64,000 nt of DNA from Alphaproteobacteria bacterium (GCA_963422645.2 CAXXVO010000005.1:160001-224000), one strand, 5' to 3'. Shown: positions 22,399-33,379, numbered from the stretch's first letter. Made by a program: numbers and translations. Notes: generated by a model from the letters alone, not told the origin.

Positions 22399-22650
22399 TC
22401 AGCCACCGGCCACGGGCGGCCAGATCGCCAACGTGTCGTTCTCGCTCAGAGCGTGGGAGCCGCGCTCGCTCGGCTCCACGTAGATGCCGTTCACCAGCAC
22501 GATGGAGCAGTACTGGCGGGGCAGGTTGAACCTCGCGAACACGTCCTCGGGCGTGGTCCCGCCGTCCAGGTCGAGCTCGACCTGGTTGTCCACGGCGCCA
22601 GCAGGGAGATAGTCGCTCAGCAAGGCGTAGAGCTTGACGGTCACCTTCAT
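22399..22650 (-). CDS. MoaD/ThiS family sulfur carrier (AorD-like)
   Basis: MKVTVKLYA..., VLVNG, C-terminal IWPPVAGG di-glycine. Confidence 0.9.
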   Translation of the reverse strand: MKVTVKLYALLSDYLPAGAVDNQVELDLDGGTTPEDVFARFNLPRQYCSIVLVNGIYVEPSERGSHALSENDTLAIWPPVAGG

Positions 22651-22706
22651 GGCGTCGTCATTGCCGGTATCGCCGCCATCGCACCCGTCAACGCGTTCGG
22701 CGCCGC

Positions 22707-23954
22707 TCACACTTGGCTGTGGGCGACGTAGGCCTCCATCACGCGGTGCGGGTTCTCCAGCAGCCTTCCCTTCCAGTCGCCGAGCGCCGTCTCGTTCTGG
22801 ATCAGGCCGCGGATCACGCCGACGTGGTCGGTGAGCCCGATGCCGAGCGCGCCGACGAGGTGGTCGCCGTCGAATTCCAGCCGGAGGTACTTGTAGCCGT
22901 TCTCGTCCACGGCGACGCCGCTATCGCCGCCGGCGACGCCTTCCCAGCTCCCGAACGAGCTTGAGACGAGTCCGACCGTGGCGAGCACGTTCATGTTGAG
23001 GCTGCCCTTGTAGTGCGCGTGGCGGCCCAGCATGTTAAGTGCCGCGATGCGGCCGTGCTCGGTCGCGGTCGGCTGGATCGCGTGCACCGAGTATTCGCCG
23101 GTGGAGAAATCGAGGCCCTGGGCCACGTCGCCGGCGGCGAACACGCCCTTGGCGCTGGTCTCCAGATGCTGATCGACGAGCACGCCGTGGTCGGTCTCGA
23201 TCCCGCTCCCCTCCAGGAAGCCGATATTGGGTGCGACGCCGACGGCGAGCACGACCAGATGGGCGTCGATCCTCTCGCCGTTGTCCAGCACCACCGCCTT
23301 GTCGCCGCCAGCGCCGGTGGCGGCCTCGATCCCGGCGACCCGCGTCGAGGTGAGCACGCGGATGTTCTTGGCCCCGCACCAGCGTTCCAGCATCCCCCCT
23401 GCCGTCGCGTCCATCATGCGCGAGACCATGCGCTCTTCCATCTCGACCACGGTGAGATTGCCGCAGCGCTTCGCAAGCGCCTCCAGGATGATGCAGCCGA
23501 TGAAGCCCGCGCCGATCAGCACGACGTTGGCGTCTTCGTTGAGCAGGTGCGCGATCCCGCGGCAGTCTGCGAGGGTCCAGCAGTTGTGCACCCCGGGGAG
23601 ATCACGACCGGGCACCGGCGGGCTGAGCGGGGTCGCGCCGGTGGCGATCAGCAGGCGGTCGTAGGAGACCGTCTCGCCGCCGCTGAGGGTGAGCGTGCCG
23701 TCAGCCGATGCCACGAATTCCGCCCGCCCCTGCCGATACTGGATGCCGAGGCTTTCGTAATGCCCGTCAGTCTTGCGGAGATAGGTCCCGCTTTGCTCGA
23801 TCATGCCCTCGAGGACGTAAGGGATCGCCATCCGCGAATAGGGCGGCTCCGGCTCGTCGCCGATGAGGACGATGTCTGCGCCCCGGTCTCCCTTGCGCAA
23901 GGTTTCGGCAGCGACCACACCGGCCGGGCCGGCACCCACAATCACATGCTGCAT
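22707..23954 (-). CDS. FAD/NAD(P)-dependent oxidoreductase (AorC-like)
   Basis: [30 protein letters not shown]. Confidence 0.88.
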   Translation of the reverse strand: MQHVIVGAGPAGVVAAETLRKGDRGADIVLIGDEPEPPYSRMAIPYVLEGMIEQSGTYLRKTDGHYESLGIQYRQGRAEFVASADGTLTLSGGETVSYDRLLIATGATPLSPPVPGRDLPGVHNCWTLADCRGIAHLLNEDANVVLIGAGFIGCIILEALAKRCGNLTVVEMEERMVSRMMDATAGGMLERWCGAKNIRVLTSTRVAGIEAATGAGGDKAVVLDNGERIDAHLVVLAVGVAPNIGFLEGSGIETDHGVLVDQHLETSAKGVFAAGDVAQGLDFSTGEYSVHAIQPTATEHGRIAALNMLGRHAHYKGSLNMNVLATVGLVSSSFGSWEGVAGGDSGVAVDENGYKYLRLEFDGDHLVGALGIGLTDHVGVIRGLIQNETALGDWKGRLLENPHRVMEAYVAHSQV

Positions 23955-24126
23955 GTTGGCTCCCGCTTGGCTCTTTTCGCCGCTCCTGCGGCACGCGCAC
24001 CGGCGCGGCCCGGCCCGGCAAGTTTCGTCTCGATCAGTCCCGTCAGCCCCGATGCAAGCCGGGGGGCCGGCGCCCTTGTCAGTGCGCGCGGCCCCCCGCT
24101 GTCACGAGAATGACGGATGAAACGGG

Positions 24127-25971
24127 TCAGAGCGCGAGGCGCTCCACCGTCTCGTTGCTGGGGACGCCGTCGTCGGTCCAGCCGCGCACCTCGTAGTATT
24201 CCGGCAGCATCTTGTCGAGGCCGTTGGTGAGCCCCTCTGCCGGGCCGGTCTTCGCCGCGTCCTTGAGCAGACGCGCGGGCAGGTTGTCGTCCTTGCCCGT
24301 GAAGCCCGCCGCACAGTTGTACTGCCGCTCCAGGTTCCAGACCCGCTCACCGACCTCCAGCAGCTTCTCCGTCGTCCAGTCGCCCTCGCAAGCCGCGTTG
24401 ATCTGCGGCGCGATGTCGTCGAGCGACCAGGCGAAGGTGGTGAAGACGCAGAGGCCGGAAGAATCGACCGCCGAGGTCGCGTCCTGGAAGGCCTTGACCA
24501 AACCGGCCTTGCCCTCGGTCACGTGCGGGTCGGTCTTCTCCGGCACGCCCAGGATCTCGGACGAGACGGTGTAGGCCCGCAGGTGGCAGGCGCCCCGGTT
24601 TGCGGTGGCGTAGGCGAGGCCCATGCCCTGGATGCCGCGCGAATCGTAGGCCGGGAACTCCTGGCCCTTGACCGACATCGAGAGCTCTGGCCGGCCGTAC
24701 TTCTCGCAGAGCCGCTTGGAGCCGAGGCCGATCTCGGCGCCGAAGCCCTCGCCCTTGCCGGTGAGCTCGGCGAGATCGGTCAGCGCCTTGGCAGAGCCGA
24801 ACTTGCACTCGATACCGCCGGTCTGCTCGTCGCCGATGGCGCCTTCCTCGTAGAGCTCCATGGCGGCGCCGACGGTGGCGCCGAAGGAGATCGGGTCGAT
24901 GCCCTGCTCGTTGCAGATGAAATTGGCGAAGGTCAGCGCGTCGAGATCGTCCACGCCCGTGGCCGCGCCGAGCGCCCAGGCCGCCTCGTACTCGAGGCCG
25001 CCGGAGGCGATCTGATACTCCGGCCGCTCTGCCACCGTGTAGTGGGTGCGCTCGACCGTGGAGATGCGCCCGCAGGCGATGGTGCAGCCGAAGCACGCGG
25101 CGTTGGTCACCAGGTTGGGCTTGCCGTCGGCGCGGGGCTCGGCCATCGCCTCGGCCGAGATGTTCTTCGCGCCATCGAACTGCACGTCCCGATGGTTGTG
25201 GGTCGGCAGCGCGCCGACTTCGTTGATGACGTTCATCAGCACCTGGGTGCCGTAGGCCGGCAGGCCCTGGCCGGTGACGGCGTTGTCCGCAAGGGTCTGC
25301 TTGCCTTCGGACGTCGCCTGCATGAAGGCGCCGGCATCTTCGACGCTGACGCCGAGGGTGCCGCGAAGCGCCACCGCCTTGAGGTTCTTCGACCCCATCA
25401 CGGTGCCGACGCCGGAGCGCCCGGCGGCGCGGTGCATGTCGTTCACCACACAGGCGTACTTGACGCCCTTCTCGCCGGCGATGCCGATGGAGGCGACACG
25501 GATCAGCGGATCCTGGTGCTTGGCCTTGATGCCCTCCTCGGTATCCCAGACCGACTTGCCCCAGTACTCGCTGGCGTCGATCAGCTGGGCGTTGTCGTTC
25601 TCCACCAGGAGGTAGACCGGGTTCGGCGACCGGCCTTCGAAGATGATCATGTCGAAGCCGGCGTTCTTCATCTCGTTACCGAAGAAGCCGCCGGAGTTCG
25701 AGCACGCGATCGCACCGGTGAGCGCGCCCTTGGTCACGACCGAGTAGCGCCCGGCCGTCGACGCGCAGGTGCCGGTCAACGGGCCGGTGGTCATGATCAT
25801 CTTGTTGTCAGGCGAGAGGGGATCGACCCTTGGGTCGGTCTCCTCGACCAGATACTTGGTCGCGAGCCCGCGTTGGCCCAGATACTTCTGGGCCCACTCC
25901 ATGTTCAGCGGCTCGTTCTTGCAGGTGCCCTCAGTGAGGTTCACCCGCAGCACGTTCCTTGCCCATGCCAT
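24127..25971 (-). CDS. Aldehyde:ferredoxin oxidoreductase, tungstopterin subunit (AorB-like)
   Basis: LRVNLT, SNSGG.FG, RAAGRSGVG.VMGSKNLKA, CFGCTIAC, EYEAAW and RGACHL motifs. Confidence 0.93.
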   Translation of the reverse strand: MAWARNVLRVNLTEGTCKNEPLNMEWAQKYLGQRGLATKYLVEETDPRVDPLSPDNKMIMTTGPLTGTCASTAGRYSVVTKGALTGAIACSNSGGFFGNEMKNAGFDMIIFEGRSPNPVYLLVENDNAQLIDASEYWGKSVWDTEEGIKAKHQDPLIRVASIGIAGEKGVKYACVVNDMHRAAGRSGVGTVMGSKNLKAVALRGTLGVSVEDAGAFMQATSEGKQTLADNAVTGQGLPAYGTQVLMNVINEVGALPTHNHRDVQFDGAKNISAEAMAEPRADGKPNLVTNAACFGCTIACGRISTVERTHYTVAERPEYQIASGGLEYEAAWALGAATGVDDLDALTFANFICNEQGIDPISFGATVGAAMELYEEGAIGDEQTGGIECKFGSAKALTDLAELTGKGEGFGAEIGLGSKRLCEKYGRPELSMSVKGQEFPAYDSRGIQGMGLAYATANRGACHLRAYTVSSEILGVPEKTDPHVTEGKAGLVKAFQDATSAVDSSGLCVFTTFAWSLDDIAPQINAACEGDWTTEKLLEVGERVWNLERQYNCAAGFTGKDDNLPARLLKDAAKTGPAEGLTNGLDKMLPEYYEVRGWTDDGVPSNETVERLAL

Positions 25972-25983
25972 GACGAGTCCTCC

Positions 25984-26463
25984 CTAGGCCTCGGCCTGCG
26001 CGCCGGCGTCGGTCTTGGACGCCCACTGACGCATCCGATCGAGGCCGGTCCAGTTCGCGTCCACATAGGTGATCGCCGCGGTCGGGCACGCCTTGGCGCA
26101 CTCGGGATCGCCGCCGCAGAGATCGCACTTGATCACCTTGCCGGTGGAGGCGTTGTAATTCACGGTCCCGAAGGGGCAGGCGATGGTGCACACCTTGCAG
26201 CCCACACAGAGCGAATCGGAGACCACCTTGGCCCCGGTCGCGGCGTCGAGCGTGATCGCATCGACCGGGCAGGCCTGCATGCACCACGCCTCGTCGCACT
26301 GAGTGCAGGTGTAGGGGACCATCCGCCCCTGATCATGGAAGTTGAACACCTTGATGCGAGACTTGGCGGGGTTGAACACTCCCTCGTTCACGTGGGAGCA
26401 GGCCAGCTCGCATTGCAGGCATCCGGTACACTTGTCCGGGTCGATATGAAGCGATTTCAGCAC
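25984..26463 (-). CDS. 4Fe-4S dicluster electron-transfer subunit (AorA-like)
   Basis: Four Cys clusters: CTGCLQCELAC, CTQC...CMQACP, CVGCKVCTIACP, KCDLC...CAKACP. Confidence 0.92.
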   Translation of the reverse strand: MLKSLHIDPDKCTGCLQCELACSHVNEGVFNPAKSRIKVFNFHDQGRMVPYTCTQCDEAWCMQACPVDAITLDAATGAKVVSDSLCVGCKVCTIACPFGTVNYNASTGKVIKCDLCGGDPECAKACPTAAITYVDANWTGLDRMRQWASKTDAGAQAEA

Positions 26464-26599
26464 GTTCGTAACCCCCCTACGCGCCAGTCAGGCGCTCACT
26501 GCCACTCTAGGTACACACTACACCACAAGACGCCCGCCTTGCACCGGGCGATGTAAGCGTTGGCATGACAGACGGTCATAGGACTCATTCCCGAACCGC

Positions 26600-27073
26600 C
26601 TAGCCTGCCATCGCCTCGGCACCCGCGGCGATGGCCTTCACGATATTGTGGTAGCCGGTACACCGGCAGAAATTGCCCTCCAGATAGGCGCGAATCTCCG
26701 CTTCGCTCGGCTTCCCGTTCTTCTTCACCAGGTCGAGCGCGCACATCACCATGCCGGGCGTGCAGAAGCCGCACTGCAGCGCATGGTGCTCCTTGAACGC
26801 CGCCTGCATGGGATGGAGGGTATCGCCGTCGGCCACGCCCTCGATGGTGAGCACGTCCGCGCCGTCCGCTTGGACCGCCAGCACGGTGCAGGCTTTCACG
26901 CACTCGCCGTCCACATGCACGTTGCAGGCGCCGCATTGGCTCGTGTCGCAGCCGACATGGGTGCCGGTGAGGCCGAGATCGTAGCGCAGGAACTCGACGA
27001 GCAGGGTGCGGGTCGACACCTCGCGGGCGACCTCCTCGCCATTGACGCTCATCTTGATCTGCGCTTGGGGCAC
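26600..27073 (-). CDS. CoxS/CutS-type (2Fe-2S)-binding subunit (orphan in this window)
   Basis: [31 protein letters not shown]; GTG start with a GGGAG RBS. Confidence 0.9.
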   Translation of the reverse strand: MPQAQIKMSVNGEEVAREVSTRTLLVEFLRYDLGLTGTHVGCDTSQCGACNVHVDGECVKACTVLAVQADGADVLTIEGVADGDTLHPMQAAFKEHHALQCGFCTPGMVMCALDLVKKNGKPSEAEIRAYLEGNFCRCTGYHNIVKAIAAGAEAMAG

Positions 27074-27244
27074 GTTCGCTCCCCCGACCCTTTGGTCACA
27101 TCCGGCGGGAAGAATAACCGCGACCGCTATGGCGGACAAAGCGTTTGTGCCGCGTGCCCGCGCGGCCCCGAGTCGGTGGCACTGCCCCGGCACTGCCGGT
27201 ATAGGATGGCCGGCACGTGAATTGCGGGCAGGCGAGGCGCAGGC

Positions 27245-28777
27245 ATGAACATCGCAGCGCTACTGGCGAAGACGGCCCGGGCTCTGCCCGCGCGGCCGGC
27301 GGTCTCCCTCGGCGACGCCGTGGCGGCGCGTTACGGCGAGCTCCACGGGCGTGCCGGGGCGATCGCGGGCGCGCTCAAGGCGGCGCAGGGGCTCGAACCC
27401 GGCGAGCGGGTGGCGATCTTCATGGCGAACCGGCCGGACTATCTGGAGGCGCTCTTCGGCATCTGGTACGCGGGCCTGGTCGCGGTCCCGGTCAACGCCA
27501 AGCTGCATCCGCGCGAGGTCGCCTACATCCTGGGCAACTCGGGAACCCGGCTCTGCATCACCGACGAGGGCCACGCAGACGGGATCGAGAGCGTGCGCGG
27601 CGAGGTGCCGGGCCTTGCTGCGCCGCTGGTGGCGGGCTCGGACGACTGGCGTGCCATGCTGGGGCACAACCCGGAAGGCCCCGCCGCAGCCCGCCCCGAC
27701 GACCCCGCCTGGCTCTTCTACACCAGCGGCACCACGGGCCGGCCCAAGGGTGCCACCATCACCCACCGCAACCTGCTGATGATGACGCTGAGCTATTTCG
27801 CCGATCTCAACCAGATCACGCCCGAAGATTGCGTGTTGCATGCAGCGCCGCTCTCCCACGGCTCGGGCCTCTACGCGCTGCCCTTCATCGCCAAGGGCGC
27901 CAGCAACGTAATTCCCGAGAGCGGCGGCTTCGAGCCGGCGGAAGTGCTGAGCCTGATCGAGCAGCACCCCGGCCTCAGCATGTTCGCGGCCCCCACCATG
28001 GTGGTGCGGCTGCTGGACAGCCCGGCGCTCAGCCGCGCCGACACCGCCAACCTGGACCTCATCATCTATGGCGGCGGCCCGATGTACGTCGCCGACGTGG
28101 AGCGCGCGCTCGCGGCCTTCGGCCCCAAGCTTGCCCAGATCTACGGCCAGGGCGAGGCGCCGATGACCATCACAGCGCTGTCCCGCGCCTGCCACGCCGC
28201 GAGCGACCAGCCGCGCTACCGCGAGCGCCTGGGCTCGGCCGGGATCGCACGGACGGATGTCGAGGTGCGGGTCGTCGACGAGGAGGACCGCCCCCTCCCC
28301 GCGGGCGAAAGCGGCGAGATCGCTGTGCGCGGCGATGTCGTGATGCCGGGCTACTGGGAGAACCCGGAGGCCACCGCGAGCGCGCTCAAGGGCGGCTGGC
28401 TGCACACCGGCGATGTCGGCCGCTTCGACGAGGATGGCTTCCTCACCCTGCTCGACCGCGCCAAGGACATGATCATCTCCGGCGGGACCAACATCTATCC
28501 CCGCGAGATCGAGGAGGTGCTGCTGCGCGATGAGGCGGTGCGCGAGGCTGCGGTGATCGGGCGCGCGCACCCCGAGTGGGGGGAGGAGGTGGTCGCCTTC
28601 GTCGTGCCCCACGACGGGCAAAGCGTCACCGAAGACCGGCTCGACCGGCTCTGCCTGGAGAGCATCGCCCGCTTCAAGCGCCCGCGCGCCTACCGCATCG
28701 TGGACGGCCTGCCCAAGAACAACTACGGCAAGGTGCTGAAGCGCACGCTGCGCGAAGAACTGGAGGCGGAAGCGTAA
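27245..28777 (+). CDS. AMP-dependent acyl-CoA synthetase/ligase
   Basis: [35 protein letters not shown]. Confidence 0.92.
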   Translation: MNIAALLAKTARALPARPAVSLGDAVAARYGELHGRAGAIAGALKAAQGLEPGERVAIFMANRPDYLEALFGIWYAGLVAVPVNAKLHPREVAYILGNSGTRLCITDEGHADGIESVRGEVPGLAAPLVAGSDDWRAMLGHNPEGPAAARPDDPAWLFYTSGTTGRPKGATITHRNLLMMTLSYFADLNQITPEDCVLHAAPLSHGSGLYALPFIAKGASNVIPESGGFEPAEVLSLIEQHPGLSMFAAPTMVVRLLDSPALSRADTANLDLIIYGGGPMYVADVERALAAFGPKLAQIYGQGEAPMTITALSRACHAASDQPRYRERLGSAGIARTDVEVRVVDEEDRPLPAGESGEIAVRGDVVMPGYWENPEATASALKGGWLHTGDVGRFDEDGFLTLLDRAKDMIISGGTNIYPREIEEVLLRDEAVREAAVIGRAHPEWGEEVVAFVVPHDGQSVTEDRLDRLCLESIARFKRPRAYRIVDGLPKNNYGKVLKRTLREELEAEA

Positions 28778-28793
28778 ACGTTCCTACTTCCGC

Positions 28794-30134
28794 TCAGTTC
28801 GGCGCGTAGGGGTTCTTGCCCGCGCGCAGCATAAGCCGGATCGGCACGCCGGCGAGGCCGAACTCGGCGCCGATCCCGTTCACGAGATAGCGGCGGTAAC
28901 TCTCCGGCAGCGCCTGCGGCTTGCTGGCGAAGAGGGCGAAGGTCGGCGGCCTGGCCTTGACCTGGGTGATGTAGCGGAGCCTCAGCCGTCGGCCGGACGC
29001 GAGCGGCGGTGGATGATGGGCGACCGCCCCTTCCAGCCAGCGGTTGAGCGCGGCGGTGGGCACGCGGCGGTTCCAGGTGTCGAAGGCGGTGAGCACCGCC
29101 GGCATGATTGCCTTCGTCCCCGCGCCGGTCAGGCCCGAGCAGGTCACAACCGGCACTCCCTTCACTTGTGCGAGGGCGGCCTCCAGCCGGTCCTGAACCG
29201 CCGCGCGGGTGGCGGCGCGGTTTCGCACCAGGTCCCACTTGTTGTGGAGGATGACAATGGCCCGGCCTTCGTCCGCCACACGGGCGGCGATGGCCATGTC
29301 CTGACGGCCGGCGGGCTCGGACGCGTCCAGCACGACCAGCACCACCGCCGCCCGGCCGAGCGCACGCTCGGCGTCGCGCGAGGAAAGCTTGTCCAGCGCC
29401 GCTACGGTCTTGGCGCGGCGGCGCATGCCGGCCGTGTCCACCAGCTCGACCGCGCGGCCTTCGTAGGACCAGCGCACCGCGATGGAATCCCGTGTAAGCC
29501 CCGGTTCCGCGCCGGTGATGACCCGCGCCTCGCCCACCAGCCGGTTGAGCAGAGTCGACTTGCCGACATTGGGTCGGCCCACGATGGCGAGCCGGAGCAC
29601 GGCGTCCGCGCCCGGTCCCGCGCCTGCGCCCTGCGGCGTCTCGGAATCGAAGGGGCTGAGCGCATCGTAGAGGTCCGCGAGCCCCTCGCCGTGCTCCGCC
29701 GAGATCGGGATCGGCTGTCCCAGCCCGAGGGCATGACTTTCGGCGATGCCGCCGTCGGCCGCGCTGCCCTCGCACTTGTTGACCGCGAGGACGATCGGCA
29801 CCTGCAGCCGCCGGAGCTGATTGGCGAAGAACTCGTCGGCCGGCGTCACACCGGCGCGGCCGTCGATCAGGAGCAGCGCCGCGTCGGCGTCGGCCAGCGC
29901 GCGCGCCGTTTGCGCCATCATGCGGCCGGCCAGCGTCTCCGGAGACGCCTCTTCGAGCCCGGCGGTGTCGATGGCGCGAAAGCGGAGGGGGCCGATCCGC
30001 GCCCAACCCTCGCGCCGGTCACGGGTCACGCCCGGCGTGGGCGCGACGAGCGCCGCGCGCCTGCCCACCAGCCGGTTGAAGAGCGTCGACTTGCCGACAT
30101 TGGGTCGGCCCACGATGGCGACGGTGAAGGCCAC
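28794..30134 (-). CDS. der: Ribosome biogenesis GTPase Der (EngA)
   Basis: Two GRPNVGKS P-loops, DTAG x2, NKCE/NKWD, C-terminal KH-like domain. Confidence 0.96.
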   Translation of the reverse strand: MAFTVAIVGRPNVGKSTLFNRLVGRRAALVAPTPGVTRDRREGWARIGPLRFRAIDTAGLEEASPETLAGRMMAQTARALADADAALLLIDGRAGVTPADEFFANQLRRLQVPIVLAVNKCEGSAADGGIAESHALGLGQPIPISAEHGEGLADLYDALSPFDSETPQGAGAGPGADAVLRLAIVGRPNVGKSTLLNRLVGEARVITGAEPGLTRDSIAVRWSYEGRAVELVDTAGMRRRAKTVAALDKLSSRDAERALGRAAVVLVVLDASEPAGRQDMAIAARVADEGRAIVILHNKWDLVRNRAATRAAVQDRLEAALAQVKGVPVVTCSGLTGAGTKAIMPAVLTAFDTWNRRVPTAALNRWLEGAVAHHPPPLASGRRLRLRYITQVKARPPTFALFASKPQALPESYRRYLVNGIGAEFGLAGVPIRLMLRAGKNPYAPN

Positions 30135-30142
30135 CGGAGACC

Positions 30143-31495
30143 TCAGCGGAACGCGATCAGATCCGCGTCGTCGGTCACGATGAAGAGTGTCCGATCGGCG
30201 ACCACGGGCGGCTGGCGCACGGCGCCCCCGGCGTTGCGCCCGCCGAGAACGCGACCGTCGTAGGGTGAGATCGCGAGCACCCTGCCGTCCGAACCCGCCA
30301 CAACCAGGCGATCGCCGACGAGCACCGGGCCGGTCCAGAAGATCGCATCCTCCCGCTCCTCCGGGTCCTCGTAACGCGGCAGCGGCCGCACCCAGAGGAT
30401 GGCGCCGCTCTGGCGCGCGAGGCAGAGGAGCTCGCCGTCTGCGGTCAACACGAAAATGAAATCGCCGGCGACCCACGGCGTGTCGAGCCCGGCGATGTCC
30501 CGCTCCCAGAAGCGCCGTCCGCTTCGCTCGTCGATGGCGACCATGCGCCCGCCGTGGCCGATCGCGAACACCACGCCCCGGTCGATCACGGGATTGCCGT
30601 CGATGTCGTTGAAGGTGGCGATGGCCCCGATGCGCACGCCCTGGACCGAGAGGATGTCGGCCCAGATGGTGCGTCCGTTCTCGACCCGGAGCGCCGTGAG
30701 CTCGCCGGACGAGAAGGGTGCCACGACAACGCCGCCTTCCGCCGCCGGGCTGGCGCCCCGGAGAAGTCCGGCACTCTCCACGATCGCTGCGTGGCTCCAT
30801 TGCAAGGCGCCGCTGCGGGCGTCCAGGACCCAGAGCCGGTTGTCGTGGCTCACGGCGAAGACGCGGCCGCCGTAGACCACGGGCGGCGCGCGCACGGGCA
30901 CGCCGATCGAATGCCGCCATTGCAGGGCGCCGGTCTCCGCGTCCAGCGCGAGCACGTGGCCGAGGCCCGTCGTTGCGAACAGCCATCCGCCTGCCACCGC
31001 AAGGCCGCCGCCGAACGCGCCTTCGTCATCCTCTTCCGGCAACATGTTGTCGGTCCACACCCTGGCTCCCGTTTCGGCATCGAACGACGAGATCAGGCTC
31101 TGCGAGTCCATGGTGAAGACCCGCCCGCCGGCAATCACGGGAGTCGCAAGAGCGGGCCCGTCGTCGTCGGTCCCGCTGCCGATCCTGGCCCGCCAGCGTA
31201 GGGCGAGGGTGTCCGCCGCGGCGAGATGGTGCATGGCGTGGTGCGGGTAGCCGCCCGACTGGGGCCAGTCCTCATTCACATAGGGCGGTGGCAGACGCAC
31301 CGTAAGCGCCTCGGTGCCGGGGTCGGGCTCCAGCTGCCGTTCGACGGAGATCACCGAGAGTCGCTCGCCGGGAACCGGCGGAGGCTCGCCTTCGCCCATC
31401 CATTCCGACACGGTGTCGCAGCCGGCGAGCGCGAGCAGGAGGCAGAGGCCGAGCAGGGCGCTTCGCGCGGCCCCCGCAGGTGCGGCGCACCTCAT
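30143..31495 (-). CDS. bamB: PQQ-type beta-propeller lipoprotein (BamB-like)
   Basis: Lipobox LAGC, repeated A.DA.TG...W blades, position between yfgM and der. Confidence 0.8.
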   Translation of the reverse strand: MRCAAPAGAARSALLGLCLLLALAGCDTVSEWMGEGEPPPVPGERLSVISVERQLEPDPGTEALTVRLPPPYVNEDWPQSGGYPHHAMHHLAAADTLALRWRARIGSGTDDDGPALATPVIAGGRVFTMDSQSLISSFDAETGARVWTDNMLPEEDDEGAFGGGLAVAGGWLFATTGLGHVLALDAETGALQWRHSIGVPVRAPPVVYGGRVFAVSHDNRLWVLDARSGALQWSHAAIVESAGLLRGASPAAEGGVVVAPFSSGELTALRVENGRTIWADILSVQGVRIGAIATFNDIDGNPVIDRGVVFAIGHGGRMVAIDERSGRRFWERDIAGLDTPWVAGDFIFVLTADGELLCLARQSGAILWVRPLPRYEDPEEREDAIFWTGPVLVGDRLVVAGSDGRVLAISPYDGRVLGGRNAGGAVRQPPVVADRTLFIVTDDADLIAFR

Positions 31496-32226
31496 TCCGA
31501 CGTGCTCCCGCCGGCCGAGCCATCCGCTTCAGCGTCATCCCAGTCGGCCGACTGGGCATCGCCCGCCAGTGCCGCCTCCAGGTCCCCGCCAAGGCTCAAC
31601 AGCAGCTCCGCCGCCCGCTGGCGCTGGCCGAGCGGCGCCCCCGGGTCGCTCACGAGCTCGGCGAAGAGCCCGCGCGCCGCCTCTTCGTTGCCGGCGCGCA
31701 TCTCGGCGATGGCGGAGAGTTCCGTCGCCAGCGGTCGCCAGGGCGATTGGCCCGCGAGCAGGGACGCGAGTCGCTGATTGACCTCCGCAGCGGACGCGCG
31801 GTCCACCAGCCGCTGTGCGGCAAGCAGTGCGCCCAAATCGCGATAGAGCGGGTCCAGCCGGGAATCCGCAGCCATCTGGTCGTAGACGAAGATGGCGCCG
31901 CTGATGTCCCCGCGTCCGGCGCGGGCGTCGGCTTCCGCCAGCCGGGCGAGCGCCGCGTAGCCGGACTCGGAATCGGCGGCGAGCGCAGCAAGCAGATCTG
32001 CGGCCTCCCCACTGCGCCCCGCCTCGATGCCGGCAACGGCGGCCGCGAACTGCCGCCCCTCGGCCTCGCGGGCGCTTTCCTGGGCGTCGGCGAGCACCAC
32101 GTAGACGACCGCGCCGCCGAGCGCCGCCACGCCCACGCCGAGCAGCCAATAGCGCCACCGCCGCCACAGCTTGAGATAGCGTTCGTGCCGAAGGTCCTCG
32201 TCGACCTCTCGGAAGATATCCGCCAC
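31492..32226 (-). CDS. YfgM-like TPR ancillary translocon protein
   Basis: MADIFREVDEDLRHE...W, one TM helix, synteny with bamB-der. Confidence 0.85.
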   Translation of the reverse strand: MADIFREVDEDLRHERYLKLWRRWRYWLLGVGVAALGGAVVYVVLADAQESAREAEGRQFAAAVAGIEAGRSGEAADLLAALAADSESGYAALARLAEADARAGRGDISGAIFVYDQMAADSRLDPLYRDLGALLAAQRLVDRASAAEVNQRLASLLAGQSPWRPLATELSAIAEMRAGNEEAARGLFAELVSDPGAPLGQRQRAAELLLSLGGDLEAALAGDAQSADWDDAEADGSAGGSTSE

Positions 32227-32283
32227 GCGCGTGCCTCCGTCAGCGCCGCCGCCAAGCCATCCCGCGAGGCGCGGGAGCCCGGC

Positions 32284-32841
32284 TCAGGCGGCCTCGCGCC
32301 ACTTGATCGAGCAGCCCATGGACGGCAGCTGCTCCTCGGGCCCGCGCCCGGTCTTGGCAACCTGAAGCATGGCTTCGAGGAGCTCACGGCGCGCGTCGGG
32401 CACTGGGTCCATCCGGGAGACGTCGAGCCGTCCCCGGTACTGCAGGCCAAGGTTGCTGTCGAAGCCGAAGAAGTCCGGCGTGCACGCTGCGTCGTAGGCG
32501 CGCGCGATCTCCTGGGTCCGGTCGATGAGATAGGGGAAGCCGAACCCGTGCTGGGTGCCGAAAAGCCTCATGTTCTCGAATGAATCGGCGGGATAGGCTT
32601 CGGTGTCGTTCGGCATGATGGCGACCGCGCCGATGCCCCGGTTCTTGAGTTCGTCCACGTCCCGCACGATTCGGTCGATGATGGCCTTCACGAAGGGGCA
32701 ATGGTTGCACAGGAACATCACCAGCGTGCCGCGCTCGCCGGCGCAGTCCGCGAGCGTATAGGTCTTGCCGTCGGTGCCTTCCAGCCGGAAGTCGATCGCC
32801 TTCCAGCCGAAATCGCAGACGGGCGTGGTCATCGCCGCCAT
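32284..32841 (-). CDS. Thioredoxin-like (AhpC/TSA-type) protein
   Basis: FLCNHCPFV, AACTPDFF, YRGRLD, PSMGCSIKW. Confidence 0.9.
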   Translation of the reverse strand: MAAMTTPVCDFGWKAIDFRLEGTDGKTYTLADCAGERGTLVMFLCNHCPFVKAIIDRIVRDVDELKNRGIGAVAIMPNDTEAYPADSFENMRLFGTQHGFGFPYLIDRTQEIARAYDAACTPDFFGFDSNLGLQYRGRLDVSRMDPVPDARRELLEAMLQVAKTGRGPEEQLPSMGCSIKWREAA

Positions 32842-32975
32842 GGGCGCAGTCTCCTTGCCATCAGGCTCCGCCGCGTGGGCGCAAAGCGCGAACGGTGGTG
32901 TAGAATCACAAACATCGCCCGAAAACGCAACGAAACGAACGAGGTGCCGGGCGACAATAGGGGAAGGCAGCGGCC

Positions 32976-33329
32976 ATGAGCGAGCGAATTCGAGGGTATC
33001 GAGCATTCTGGGCCTACTACGTATCCGAGCACAGCCTGCCGGGAACGCGCCAGATGCACTTCGTCGGCACGACGGGTTCCGTCGCCTTGGTCGTGGTGGC
33101 GGGGGTGATGAGCGAACCGCTATTGCTGATTGCTGCGGTGTTCTGCGGCTACTTCTTCGCCTGGCTCAGCCACCTCCTGATCGAACGCAACCGGCCGGCG
33201 ACCTTCACATACCCATTCTTAAGCCTGGCCGGCGACTTTCACATGTGGGCGCTGATGTGGCAGGGCCGTATGGACGGCGAGGTCAAGCGACTCGCAGCTA
33301 CAGGCGATCCTGGGCAGCCGGCTATGTAG
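32976..33329 (+). CDS. DUF962 (Mpo1-like) membrane protein
   Basis: FWAYYVSEHS...RQMHFVGT, GY.FAWLSH..IERNRPATF.YP. Confidence 0.85.
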   Translation: MSERIRGYRAFWAYYVSEHSLPGTRQMHFVGTTGSVALVVVAGVMSEPLLLIAAVFCGYFFAWLSHLLIERNRPATFTYPFLSLAGDFHMWALMWQGRMDGEVKRLAATGDPGQPAM

Positions 33330-33379
33330 GAGCGCCGGCGCGAAGGCCCCGTTTGAGGCGAAGGCGGATCAGGATGGGA

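Noticed and set aside
28794-30986. 730-aa 'extended' Der and similar long N-terminal extensions (8635, 12114, 16737, 44291, 63380)
   Set aside because: The extensions overlap neighbouring genes; the true starts lie downstream at the motif-bearing N-termini.
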